Origin: Tubiluchus corallicola
Lineage: Eukaryota > Animalia > Priapulida
Direction: 5' to 3'
Assembly (NCBI GenBank): GCA_030141605.1
Contig: JAQGDQ010000002.1
Span: forward strand, 2,666,001 to 2,730,000
Length of the DNA: 64,000 nucleotides
A program made the position numbers and the translations under genes. This document shows positions 1 to 12,657 of the stretch, piece by piece. The notes beneath the pieces were generated by a model. The model was not told the origin of the DNA and did not search any database. It worked only from the letters and a program-made list of their open reading frames with translations. Position 1 is the stretch's first letter, and the number at the start of each line of letters is the position of its first letter.

Positions 1-254
1 ATACTTTGTAAGTCTAACTGAAAGCAGTTCTAAAAGGCGACTGTCTTGGATTTATAATTAAGTTCCAGAGATACGGTAAACCTGTGTAACCAGTTTATAG
101 CATTTTCTATCATGAAATGCGTTTTTTAATAAATTTAAGCTGTTCGCTTGTTTGTTCATGAAAATCTATAAATTGTCCCACTCACTCATAGCCAAAGTTG
201 CAAGGTTTACCTGTTTTGTTTTATCAGTTAAAAAATTAAGATATCAATATTAAT

Positions 255-552
255 TTGGGCGTAGGCATACAGACCGATTTTTTCAGGGAGGGCTGAGCCA
301 CTTGCCGGAAAAATACAGCGCCAACCTGAAAAAAGTCCCGAGTCTCCAATTGCCTCACCCCACTCCATGATAAAAAATGCCCGGATTCGGACACTTCATT
401 TGGCGGCATGGAGAAATTTTGTGATTTCCTTTTATGAAAAATATTTTTTTTATTTTTTTCATCATTTTGCCTGTGCCCGAAAAATTTGGTGATTACCCAA
501 ATCCCGGGGGCTGCAGCCTCCCCCCTCAGCAACCCTGGTTAGTACGTCTATG
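255..552. mobile_element. Putative MITE / non-autonomous DNA transposon
   Basis: GC-rich island in AT-rich DNA. Ends GGGCGTAG... and ...TACGTCTATG are imperfect inverted termini, with an internal GGGGGCTGCAGCCTCCCC palindrome typical of invertebrate MITEs. No clear TSD. Confidence 0.5.
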
Positions 553-979
553 AATTTGGGAAGCAAACTATGCGCAGTATGCTTCAGTATGGCATGCACA
601 ATGTATTTCTTGCGTAAGTTAGTAATTCTGCCTCGTAGGCTTTAAGTGTGCAAATTTGTTGTTATTTACGATCTACATAAAATTGTGAATTTCGGAAAAG
701 AACTAAAAAGTATTGCTTACTAAATTTAAAATGTCGTAATAACTAGAGTGATCACACTAATTGACTTATTTCTTTAATTTTTTATTGCATATAATAAAAA
801 TTTATTGTTAGCGTAATCAGGTGGCGTTTTCAAACCATTGTAGATACGAAAAAATTACGTAAGCCACGGTAAAACATTTTCACACTAAATTTAGTGCTGA
901 TGCCGCAGTTTATTAGTGATGTATTGAAAAGTTTTTTTAAAAAGCTACTATTGCAACTTCTAATGCAATTCCGTTTTAG

Positions 980-1790
980 GTAACCAAAAAACAAGAAGGT
1001 AAAACTTCGTTATTGTGTTTCGTACAAGTTTCTACATGATTTTATAAGCTCAGTGACAAGTTTTTGGATGACAACTTGAATTTTATCTATAATAGCGTAA
1101 TAGTAACACTGAACACATAGAACTATTATTACATTTAGGAAATTTAATATAACTGAGTTACATAAACATAAATGGCATAGATCTCATGTTATAGTATTAA
1201 TAACTTAACTAAATCGTTTCGTTTGATATACAGATCGCCGAAAAAGGGCTGTGGCCTCGGAAATTTCATATAACGCCATAGACCAGCGAAATCAATATGT
1301 AGATGCTGTTTTTGTTTCTTCGCTAAACATCAACAAAACAGATAGGCGTAAGTAAGGTAACACGAAATGTGGATAAATAGTTACATTTTGTCATTTATAC
1401 ATTACTCATTAATTAGGATACTTAGTGGTGCACATTCAGTAGGCTATTCAGTAACATTTAAGCCAGTGGCTAAGCCGTGCTTTGTTGACGCATCCGCAGT
1501 CGTGGACTCGTGCGTGTTCCGGGCTCCCTTTGGGTTAGTTCCACGGCCCGATTAAACACATAAAAATTGTATCATTGATTCCTCAACCGTAATTTGCTGT
1601 CTTAATTAAGCCGACCTGTGCAAAATTTTTCATGATCACGGTTCTTGACGAAATTCAAATGCGCTCTTTTAATTTTTGTCGTATTTTCCTCCGAAACGTT
1701 TTACAATTACATATCCTAGATTTTTTACCTAAACCGTTTGTTGAAGGTCCACAGTTCCCAAACACAAAAGACTTTGTCCAAACAGTTTAA
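980..1790 (+). CDS. Possible 3' coding exons of an unknown gene entering from the left (980-998, 1234-1347, 1720-1790)
   Basis: A GTAAGT donor lies at 8. Phase-compatible AG/GT exons read VTKKQE-DRRKRAVASEISYNAIDQRNQYVDAVFVSSLNINKTDR-HFLPKPFVEGPQFPNTKDFVQTV*, including a furin-like RRKR. AATAAA at 2155. No recognisable domain. Confidence 0.4.
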
Positions 1791-1914
1791 AAAGTAATAT
1801 TTATTTAATGAAGATTTGTGTTAATCCGACAGGTAAATAATATAATGGATTGTTTAAACATTGTGTGACACACAAGTACAGTACTTGCACCACTTATATT
1901 TTACTAATCATCCC

Positions 1915-2010
1915 TCTGTCTCTCTCTCCCCCTCTCTCTCTTTCTCTCTCTACACCTATCTCTCTAGCGCGCTCCCCTTCTCTCTCTATCTGCATCTCTA
2001 TCTGCGTCTC
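1915..2010. repeat. Degenerate (CT)n microsatellite
   Basis: CTCTCT runs are visible and generate spurious SLSL ORFs. Confidence 0.8.
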
Positions 2011-4964
2011 TCCTTTTGCTTGTATACCTTGCTTTTATGTTCAGTTCTTTTTTATTTTAATATATTACTCAACTGAATACTTACTAGAATAATACCAGCT
2101 ATTACTGCTGTTGCCGTTGCTGGTAGCCAGGAAAACCTGAATTTATCTGCAAACAATAAAAAACACAGTACAGTTTCGAAAATGGACCAAGTTTAACAGT
2201 CTGCTCGTTCACACAGTTGACTTACATTTGCCAAACAATTTGTTTAGGTTAGTTATACTGAATTAATTTCCGGTTTTTCTAGATTATTACACAAATACGT
2301 ATTTGGATCAGCAGTAGCAGCTTTATTACGTGCAATTTATTATATATATTAAGTTCGCTCATTTTCAATGGCTGGAAAGTGACTCTATAATAAATGAAAT
2401 TAAACAAAACTATTTGACAAATTTTATTAATATAGTCCCTATTGATTTGAATTGTTTTATTTATTATTGTTTTGATTTGAAGGGAAAGGACGATTGTTTT
2501 ATTTCGTTTTGGTTGTTTTGGTTTGCTAAAAAAACACTATATTTCAAGTCTTAGCAATAGGAAAGTATTGATAAAACATTAAAACGAAAGAAAACACTGG
2601 CATGTTTCTAACTAGAATCTAATTCACTCATAGTCCAATAAACTTACATGTAGAATGAATTTTCGATAACTCTATTCATACATATATGATTGTTGCTAAA
2701 AAAAAAGCTAATAGTTGCTCAGGACATACAAAATCTGATTACAGAGGTCTGTTATTTGTCTTATCGCATTAAACAGCAGTGAATAAACTTCTGATTACAA
2801 CAAGTTATCCAATAAAATCCAATTAAACAGAAAAATGCTTTAAAATTCCACATGAAAGATTTTTTCGTTTTTTAAATTGCCTCAAAATACAGCAATAAAG
2901 TTTTATTTTACTTACACATGGTTCGTTTTTGTCCTACGCTTTACAACATCAACTAATTAAACCTGATTAACATAGAAAAAACGATTTCACTATGGATCAA
3001 ACACCGCTACATAACGTCTTAATCGATTAGATGATTAGTGTTTCTCATACAACGTCAAAGAAACTTGTCGGCCGCGATGCTGTTCGGGGTGGCAGCAGTG
3101 ACACAAATGCACGAACCCACGCGAACAACCGCAGTTCAAATACAATTTGACGATTCTAGGTCGGGTCTGTTATTAGAACTGACTGCTGTTATCATAATTG
3201 AAGTGAAAATAGCAGTGTATCTATCGAATGTGTGAACCAATTTCGTTTTGTTCAATCAGTGGGGAAATTGGCAGCACACCACGCAGTAGCTCAAAGCCAT
3301 TAGACTTCAACAGCATAGTTCAGCAGCAATAGCGCAGTTCTAAGAAATGGCTTTTTAGATAGCGAAAAGCTTGTGGGATACCCAAAAGCTTGAAGACATG
3401 AAGGGTCTCCACGACAATTGAGTAAAAGACAAAAAGATACAAATTCACACATCGCATGGCAAGAGTATGAATGTTTTGTTAATTACAAAGTGTTCATTTA
3501 GGAAATGTCGGAAAGCAATGACTTTCAGTGTTCGGGTTAAAAAAACTTAGTATCCGAGTTAAGAAATTCCTATTTATTTATGTCCACATTCAATTATCCA
3601 GGATTACCAAGCGCTTTATCCATTTCCCAAACATATGCATAGGCTTACCGATCCAGGATTATACAGTTACGCTATTACCAAGCCCTTTATCCAATTCCCA
3701 ACCAGACGTAAAGGCTTTAGTAAAGAGGTTATGAGTATACAAGTACGAGCAAACGTATACAAGGTATATAAATACGAGGTATATGAGTTACCAAGATCTA
3801 GAGTTTACGTACCGACATTTTAATGTGGTAGACTGCCAAACGTTTTCAGTTTTTGTGTTAGCAAGAGTTTAGATAAGACCAAGATACGATTTCCTGCTAG
3901 TATGGTGCTGACGTTGAGTTTGGTGTTGGGACTTTGGTACAAACTAAAACTCTAGCTTATTGTAAACATAAGTTAAACAGAAGAGGAAAAAATTTTATTT
4001 TTCGGAGACTGGATGTATGCGCTGCCGAAAAATGTAAAGACGCTTCTCAGATGTTTATCCGGAAATAATGAGAGATGTTCCTATTCAGCTTAAACCCATC
4101 CACGTAGGCTTCGTATTAAGAACTAGCTGCTGTCTATGCAGAATGACAAACATCATTAAAGAATTTTCAAACAGTTTAAACATATTTTAGGTTGAAACAT
4201 TTAAAATAGTTTATAGATCGATACCAATGTTTTTAAAAACTTAAAAATCAACTGGGCACTTCTAAATTCAGGGCAACTGGAAAACTGATAACTGCACAAG
4301 AGATGCATTTTGATACGACGTTATGGAATAGTCAATTCTAATTACCTCGTCTTTCATTTTGTGGGCAGTTAACTAGCTATTCAACAGCATAGAAACAAAA
4401 AAAGTTTTCATAAAAGCTGTTTGGATAATGTATAAGAAAAATGTATCTATTTATTACTACGGAGCATGAGGGTCGATATGGGAGGAAATAACTGATAAAT
4501 AGGTTTAACTTTGTAGAGACGTAACATAAGGGCCTGTTTAGTAAGTGTTTATAATCATTACTAACCACGATAATTATTACTTTTATCACTAATTGATGCT
4601 AAAATGAGGATATTCACAAAGACCACAATGACACTTCCATCTTAGTTGCAATTGAACTATGGCAGGAGGTCAGGAATAACAATAACTGTGATGCGATTGC
4701 TTTATGGAAAATAAAAGTAGAATTATTTTCACAAACATTTTCTATGTGTTTGTAACTCCAGTAATTGCTTCAGACTCGATTAAAGTTTGTTGGCACAAGT
4801 TAAATGGGAAAATCATTTGGCGTTTATAAAAACAAGTATAACGCGAGTTAATGGCTCTTTATAGTCATAATGTTTTTCAGATGATATGAAAGAAGCCGAT
4901 CTATGTATGTGGGAATTTCAAATAGGCTACATACCATAATAACTGTAAATCGGTATACCTGACC

Positions 4965-5620
4965 CTTAAGCCGGTTTTCATGGTGTTCGCGACATCGGCG
5001 ACTACCCGAAAGCCGTATACAGTCACTAAATGTGCTTCAAAATTTCCCCTAATAGTCGTGAAACATTCGCGAGTGTTCGCCGTTGTCACCAAGAGGTTGC
5101 TGGCTTCACAGGAAAAAATTCAAATGTTTATAGAGTGCACCGGAATCGCAAAACTCGCCACCTCGCCAAAATTTCTCCAAACTGTCGTAAAGTTGTCTGA
5201 ATATGCCCCAAATATGCCGCCAATTATTCGTGACGTTCGTTAACAATTTCAAACAATTTCATTTTGAGACGCTTTTGAGAGGGCGACGCCGATATTGCGA
5301 CTATTTTTCAACATCTTGACAACATTTGGAGAACCTCGGTTGTTCCGTGCATCTTTCCACGAAAATTTCTTTAAATGGTCGTAAACTAATCGCAACGTAT
5401 TTGCGCCAATGTCGTGCAGCGTGCTCCTATAAGTATAATACAGGCCTATTTTCACGTGAGAAAAGGTATAAAATTCGCAAAAACATGACTAAAATCGTGC
5501 GAAATTACTTAGAATTTTGCGTGACAGATTCACGATGTGGATAACAAAACAACCCCGTTGCGAGAATTTTAGGCGACTGTTGGACTTCATCGCAAAAAAT
5601 CGCGGTCCCGTGGTTTTAGG
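4965..5620. mobile_element. CpG-rich putative non-autonomous transposon
   Basis: Abrupt CpG-rich block with recurring TCGCG/TCGCC/GGCGAC motifs, starting TTAAGCCGGTTTTCA. Termini and TSD not resolved. Confidence 0.3.
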
Positions 5621-6289
5621 GAAATGTTTTCTTGTGTTAATTTTTGTAACAAAGTGGCGAAGTATAAAGCATGAGCAATTTACCTCCGTTTATCTGCTAT
5701 ATTCTGTTCATTCACAGTTTGGTCAATTTTAAAAACTCATCATCGCAAAGTTCACTAACTTAATTCTCATGTTACACAGGGGAAATGAGACTCTCTTTCT
5801 CTTATGCACGTTTCACGCCTGTAATTTACCTACTTAACTGCAAATGAGACAAACTCGCGTCGCGCTTATCCAAACGTGTGCATCACTTCACTTAAGAAGT
5901 TCAATATATTTACATAACAAAGTGATTAAGTGTTTCTGATCATATCTGGGTCAATTCTCGAATTTTCTCCTAATCATAGAAAGTATGGGTCAATAATGGG
6001 ATGACGTTGTTTTCATTGTCAGAAAGTAAAAGCGCCAAATTCAGTGACAATTATGGCGTTGTGTCTACAGATGAGCAATTAGAGACGCACTAATGACATC
6101 ATTATTTAAGAATACGTTTGTCTTAAAAAAACATGACCGTCCTTACCCTCATGACACAAACGCACACATAGTGGCTGTTAGCGCTCTGCGAAATTAGTTT
6201 AATTTAGCCTTAATAAGGTGACTAATAAAAGTTTGTTTTTTATCTCTAGACTAGAGTAGAAATAGACAAATATGACGATAAGAATAATG

Positions 6290-6600
6290 GTGCTGCTAAT
6301 GATGACGGTAATGGCAGCGATGGCGATGATGATAGTAATGATGATGGTAATGATACGACGGTAATGACGGTAATGACCGTGACTATGCTTAATCACTTTG
6401 TGATGACGACGGTAATGATGACGATGGTAATAACGATGATGACTACGACAATGATGACGACATCGACAGTATCATGATTGCAGTACTAATGAAAATGATG
6501 ACCCGGCAACGATGGCAAAACAACATTGACTATGATATGACGGTGGCGACATTAAGACGACAACAGTTACGTCTTCGATGGCGGTAATCATGCCAATGAT
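6290..6600. repeat. Degenerate GAT/GAC/AAT trinucleotide low-complexity tract
   Basis: gatgacggtaatgatg... repeated, with many in-frame stops. Confidence 0.75.
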
Positions 6601-7000
6601 AAGATAAAAAACCAAAAAATAGAGTAGTAATGATGTGAAGAAAAGTGCACTTCGCAACAGATTACTTCGTAATCACCTCCACTTATCGCATAGCTTTCTC
6701 ATTCTTTTCGATGAACTAAAAATCTTAAATTTGTTTTGGCACATGACGTACGCGTAATTACTAATTAATTGTGCCTATTGTCAGATCAGTGTCCAGCAAT
6801 TTCGCTACAATGCCTGACCTTGTGACCCGAAAACGAAAAACGTTTTACCAGTACTCGCCATATGTGGTTCACTGTGGAATTGCTAAAACAATAATAAAAG
6901 GTCAAGATAGAGTTTTATTCATATATAGTTTCAGCCATTACGGATCAGGGGATTCAGTATAGGAAGTTGATCAGGTGCGGTAATTACCGGTAGATCGTTG

Positions 7001-7114
7001 TATAAAGCTGCAGGACAAATGACCACTGTGTTGTAGATGAGATAGCGATCGCAGTTTCTTGGTGCAGTGATTTCTTTCAGAGGTGGCGGGGGCATTTACA
7101 CTGGTCTGATACAG
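7001..7114 (+). promoter_or_regulatory. TATA box and putative non-coding first exon of the GYGDPH-repeat gene
   Basis: TATAAA at 7001-7006, followed by a CAG|GTGAGC donor after 7114 that can join the acceptor at 8043. Confidence 0.6.
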
Positions 7115-7562
7115 GTGAGCTATTTTGGAAAATTTACGGGCTTAGTGTTGCATTATATTCTGTTTTTTACGTTACTGGAAAGGGCTTAGAATGATGATGT
7201 TATCTATAAATTTCATTACTTTTCTTTACTTTTCTGTTTTCTTCGTCTGTAAACAGAAAAATAGAAAAACAGTATTTTAAGAATTGAAATCTAATTTTGT
7301 TAAATTGTTTATTAACTGCTTTTCCATTCCGGTTTAGTTGGAGGCTTATAATTTTTATCACTTGTGAATTAGGAAAAACATTAATAGAAATTTTCAAGGA
7401 GAATTATTTTCGGTTAACACGACTGGCAGTAAGAGTATGTAACACTTGGGTTTCTATATAATTGTATTCTCTTGTTTGCCTTTGCCTCTCAATCTACCCC
7501 TGATACTATTACACATATATGTAATATACACATGTCAATATATTTACATACATACATATTTG

Positions 7563-7588
7563 CACATACACACACACGCACGCACGCA

Positions 7589-7681
<93 letters not shown>
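7563..7681. repeat. (CA)n/(TA)n microsatellite
   Basis: Long perfect CA run followed by TA, inside intron 1. Confidence 0.95.
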
Positions 7682-7682
<1 letters not shown>

Positions 7683-8062
7683 AAGCAATTCATTTCAATG
7701 CTGAATTTCATTTTCATTTTGTACCTCCTGTTTCACTTTTCTGTTAATAATTAGTGTTCAGATCTGTACGAAATTTACTGCAAAACGTCTTTCATGCAAA
7801 CTGTCAGTAAAATATTTTTGAACATTTTATGTTTCAAAGAGCTGCAAAATATGGGTTAATAAAAATTTCAAACCAAAAAAATAAAGGAATGTAAAAGCAC
7901 TTTTTTGTCGCAAATTAATCTCGAAAATATTACGTAGATGGCTAGTTCTTGTTTCTTGTTTCACTGTTCACTTTCATCGCGTTTAATACTTATTGCTTTA
8001 ACTACATAACCGTTTTTATGTAAATATTGATTGTTTTTCACAGGCGGAATAAACGTTTCCCC

Positions 8063-11000
8063 ATGAATTTAACATCAGCCACGCAGCTGCTTTTCTATCT
8101 TTGTTTATGGGTGAGTCAGCATTAAAAGTCAAGAAAATTAAATTTTGTGCCTAGGTGCCAAAACATTCTCCTCTTACTCTTAATTATTACGTTTTTTTTA
8201 CAAGTAGTTAAATGTGCTTTAGAGAAAACTGAACTAAGAGTATTAAAGAAAAGAATGGTGTTACTTTAAATTCAACAGTGACTGTAATTGCAGACGGATT
8301 TGGCTCATCAGAAAATATGCAAATTACCATTAATATAAAATCCGCATATTATATCTACTCAGTTTAAAGCATAATAACGGAAAAAACTGCAACTTGTCAA
8401 AATGAGAAAAGCAGCTACAACAACTTCTTTTCATGTGAAATTATGGCTCAAGACTGAGATCAAAACCGTGATAACTTTCGTTTCTCTGTGGATGCTAGAA
8501 ATAAATGTATAATACCTTTTTCAAATTGAAAAGATCCTGTGAACCAGTATGTAAAGACGACATCTATCATCTAACTGTTTACTATTGCAGGTGGCAAATG
8601 GAGAGAAAAACGAGCCACCGGGACCAACTAGTTCCATCAATTGGGGCAAATACTTCACAGACAATAACAAACACCAATATGATCATAAATTAAAATATGA
8701 CAATGAGGGTTTTATTGACGATAAAGGCGGAAAAGGAGACATTGCCCTAAAAGGGAAAATCTCATACAACATGGGTGACGGTGAATTCGAGTTTAGTAAG
8801 GGCGAAGGAAAATATGCCTACGATAACACGCACATAGATAAAGGGGGGTCGCAAAAGTATGAAGACAAAGGTTCAGCCAGTAAGCATCACGACAAGGGCA
8901 TTTTTGATGGCAAAGGAGAGTACCACAATAAGGACCACTACAAGAACAATCATGCGCTGTATGAAGGAAATGCCCCTCGTCCCAAGCCTGCTTATATGAG
9001 CGATTATGATGCCAGTTATGACAAAGGTCACAGCGACAGAGGGTATGGTGATGTTGGCTATGGTAAAGGCAGTGGCGGCTACCCTCATGATGACTATGGA
9101 TACGATGCAGGATATGGAGAGAAAAAGGAGTACGGGCCATATCCAGGACCACCCAAACCATCAAGTTACGAGAAAGAACCATATGGCAGAAGTAGTTATG
9201 ATGATGAACATGGTGTTTCGTATGGTGATTTGCATGGACGCGGTTATGGAGACCCTCATGGAAGTAGTTACGGAGACCCTCATGGAAGTAGTTACGGAGA
9301 CCTTCATGGAAGTGGTTATGGTGATCTTCATGGTAAAGAGATTGGCTATGGTGATCCACATGGAGGAGGTGATGATGATCCTCATAAGAGTGGATATGGT
9401 GAACCACATGGACGTGGTTATGGCGATCCTCACAAAAGCAGTTATGGAAATCCACATGGAAGTGGTTACAATGATCCTCACGAAAGCAGTTATGGCGATC
9501 CACATGGAAGGGGTTATGACGAGCCTCACAGAAATGGATATAGTGATCCTCATAAAAGTAGTTATGGAAGTATACATGGTCCACATGATCCACATGGAAG
9601 TGGGTATGGAGATTCCAACGGCAAGCAAAACAGTTACGCTTATCTTCGCGAAGGTGGATACTCTGACCCACATAGTAAAGAAAGTGGTTATAATGATCCC
9701 TATGGACGTGGATATAATATTCATGGTAAAGAAAGTTACAGTGATCCCCATGGAGGTGGCTACAATGATCCACACAACAAAGAAAAAGGATATTATGATC
9801 CTCATTCAGCAGGATACGGTGATCCACATAGAGAGGGATATGGAGACACGCATGGTAAGCCTAATTACGGTGATCCTCATGGTAGTGGATATAGTGACCC
9901 TTATGGCAAAAACAGTGGTTATGGTAGTTCCCATAGTGAACCTTATGGAACTAGTAGTGGATACAACAAGCCCAAAACATACGATCCATATGCATTGCAA
10001 GGAAGAGTTTTGAGCAGTGACACAGGCAACACTCACAGTGAACCAAGTTCTGCTTCTGATTTATCCAGTACTGATAGTCCGCTTGTATTTACGTACAATA
10101 GAGCTCCTGCTGTATATGTAACATCTGGCAATAATGGGTATCCGCAATCAAACAATCCCTATCGCGGTTACAGCAGTAGTTTTGTGCCTCAAGACGAAAC
10201 ATCAATGTATAAATCAAGTGCAAGTTCTGCTCCAAAAGACGAATTCGACTTTGACGTCGTAATTCCTGGGGAGTATGAGAAAAATTACATTCCGGCAAGT
10301 TCATCAAGCCGTACCTATGGCAATCAAAACCACGCGGACACCAGAGCTGCTGGTAGAATGTACTACAGTGGTCGCAACTATCCGCTTGCTGCCCATGTTC
10401 AGGGACAATCGCAGAATAGTCCTGCTCAACAGTTTAGTAATGTGCAACTACCCACAAGTAAAACAAATCGCGATGACTATGTTTACAGCAATAAAAATTA
10501 TGACAATGCAAAAGTTTCATTTGAAGATGACGATTTTTTCAAGGACAAGGAAATTACAAGTTTCAAAAATGGTAACCAAAATAAACCTTCAGCTGCTACT
10601 GATAATGCTGCTGTTGCCTACAAAAACTCAGAAACTTATGCTAACAGTAATGATAACATTAAAAATGTTAATACAAACTTCGACAATGGCAGTAGTCCTA
10701 CAAAAGCCAGATTCAATCCGTATGGTCAAAAGCAAACTGCAGCTGTGCAGCAAAGTCGCTTTTCTCAAAATGATGACTGGTTTAAGGAAATCGATGCTAT
10801 CTACAATATCCCAGGCAACACTTATCGAGAAACTGTAAACAACAATAACAACAACAACAACAACAACAATTTAAGCAAAACTTATACCAGAGGAGCAGCT
10901 CAATCAAATGCAAAGGTTAACAATCCTGCGGGGTTCGTTAATATCCAGAGCAGTTCAAGTCCGACCAAAAACACTCCTGGAAGCTACAGCGACTGGTTAA

Positions 11001-11152
11001 CATCCCATGGGGCTCCTCGGAAAAACACATATGGCAATAGAGGTTATCATGGTGCTATTATCGGTTCGAATGGCAACCGTGGTATGCCAACAACAAGTCA
11101 GCCTGATGTTACAGACCCAACCAGCTCAACCCTAATACAATGGAACATTTGA
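8063..11152 (+). CDS. Secreted Gly/Tyr/His/Asp-rich repetitive protein (~869 aa), coding exons 8063-8110 and 8591-11152
   Basis: ATG 8063 gives MNLTSATQLLFYLCLW, then TGG|GTGAGT donor and TTGCAG|GTG acceptor in phase 0, completing the signal peptide (...LCLWVANG). The 2.5-kb exon is open throughout, with about 28 [GS]YxDPHxx repeats and an N/S/Q-rich C-terminal half. AATAAA at 11854 and 11907. Confidence 0.9.
9218..9930 (+). repeat. Coding 24-bp (8-aa) tandem repeat, GYGDPHGS-type
   Basis: Example: ggttatggagaccctcatggaagt agttacggagaccctcatggaagt. Synonymous divergence between units, with occasional 10-aa variants. Confidence 0.9.
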
Positions 11153-12657
11153 AACAGAGAACAGTAGTTAATTAACTTCAAAAGAGCCTACATATAGAAA
11201 TATTTAGGTACACAGTATTGACGATGAGATTTCGTGAACATCTTTTATATTTTCTTGAAAATTATTGTGATGTTTTTTGTTTTGTGGACATTAGTCTACC
11301 AGTTTGTTAACCATTTTCTGAATATGAATGGATTTTCAAAAGCAATTTTGTTTCTTACCAATCACAGTTATTTAGAGTATGCAGGCTAGCATTGGACCAA
11401 AGACTTACGAATGTTATTGTGTAATGCTGCAGGACTGCTATCAGGCGAGCTTTGTATTATAAACTAGGACTGTTCAGTAATAATGGATCTTGATATACAC
11501 TTAATATACAACTTAATACACAGCCTGACAGAACTTAATATAGCCTAAATGTAGCTGTGACACGATTTCCTGAAGAACTTTGAAGAATTGATCAGGAAAA
11601 GTTTGCCGATTCGACATGTGGGCAACTATAAAAAAAGAGGGGCTGGACAGAAACTCTTGTTATTGGGAAGCGCCATTAATGAGTCAGATTGTGCTAGGAA
11701 CAATAATTTCTGGCTAATAGACTAAGGGGTATTTTTACCTGTAATTGCTCCAAGAATAACAGTTACAGAGTACTGACACTAATAGAAAATAACTACACAA
11801 AACAGACAAAAGCAAAATTGTGTGCGTGTGTTTTAGTCAGCAATTATTTGTTCAATAAATTGATTAACTTGTGAACTAGTTCTTCGCTTAATTTTGTTGG
11901 CATCGTAATAAATGAGCTATTAAATACCTGTCTGACTTACATGGACGTGTCAAGAGAAAACGGGATTCCTCTCAGAATGAATACGAGAGCAGTTCTTGTT
12001 ACTGTTTTTAAAGAAATCAATCTTAGCTTTTATTTCAGTGGCTTACAAATGGAATGCATAGAAAGGTTAAAAACAATTAAGTATTCTAGCTCAGGAGCAT
12101 CTCTGCATGATTCGTTATTTATATTCCTAGACGCTATAGCTACAAAGTTACCATTTCGAAATAAAAACCGTTATCAAACACAAGTACAGAAACTAAGGCA
12201 AAATGTGACGAAAAATTTTCATATATTGGTAGCAATACCTTTTGTTTGTTGGTAAACGAGGTAGGACCATACACAGAAAGGTTCTCTTTTTAGTAAAAAT
12301 GTTCTAAAGGTAATATTCTGCAGTCATGATTCACTTCAAAATATTACGCGTCCTTTTGTTCAGTATGGTATGCGTTTTTTAGTAAAAAGAACTTATTGGC
12401 AGTTTATCATAAAAACCAACAACTGAAGTTTGGATATTATGATAGTCACAGTGTGGCTCGGCACTCAAGGACGGACATCTGATCTTTAGCGGCCCGGTAT
12501 TCTTTGTGCTTGTCCATTTTGCACATCCTGATGTTTATACTTGGGATTGCAAAAACTTGTTAACTGGGATAAAATGCGCGAGGAAGGACGCAAAACTGGT
12601 TGCAGGTTTTCCTGGTCCTCAAATCATTCTGGTCTGTAGTTTTATACAAAGAACATC

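Noticed and set aside
1495-1552. GC-rich segment able to form a small pseudoknot (GTGGA/TCCAC, CGGGC/GCCCG)
   Set aside because: Stems are only 5 bp, and no ribozyme core or ncRNA family is recognisable.
2085-2919. Minus-strand ATG-T microexon (2919-2916) plus exon 2146-2085 giving signal-peptide-like MYKFRFSWLPATATAVIAGIIL
   Set aside because: Splice sites and phase fit, but I found no downstream minus-strand exon. It would also overlap the putative plus-strand gene tail and its AATAAA, so it may be chance.
7446-7754. HTHTHT ORFs; also SLSL, RERE and VYVY ORFs at 31033-31585 and poly-L at 52916-53173
   Set aside because: Translations of microsatellites.
8793-10013. Long alternative-frame and antisense ORFs (344, 335 and 214 aa; His-rich or Met-rich)
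   Set aside because: These are shadows of the 24-bp coding repeat, with no independent start context, splice support or domain.
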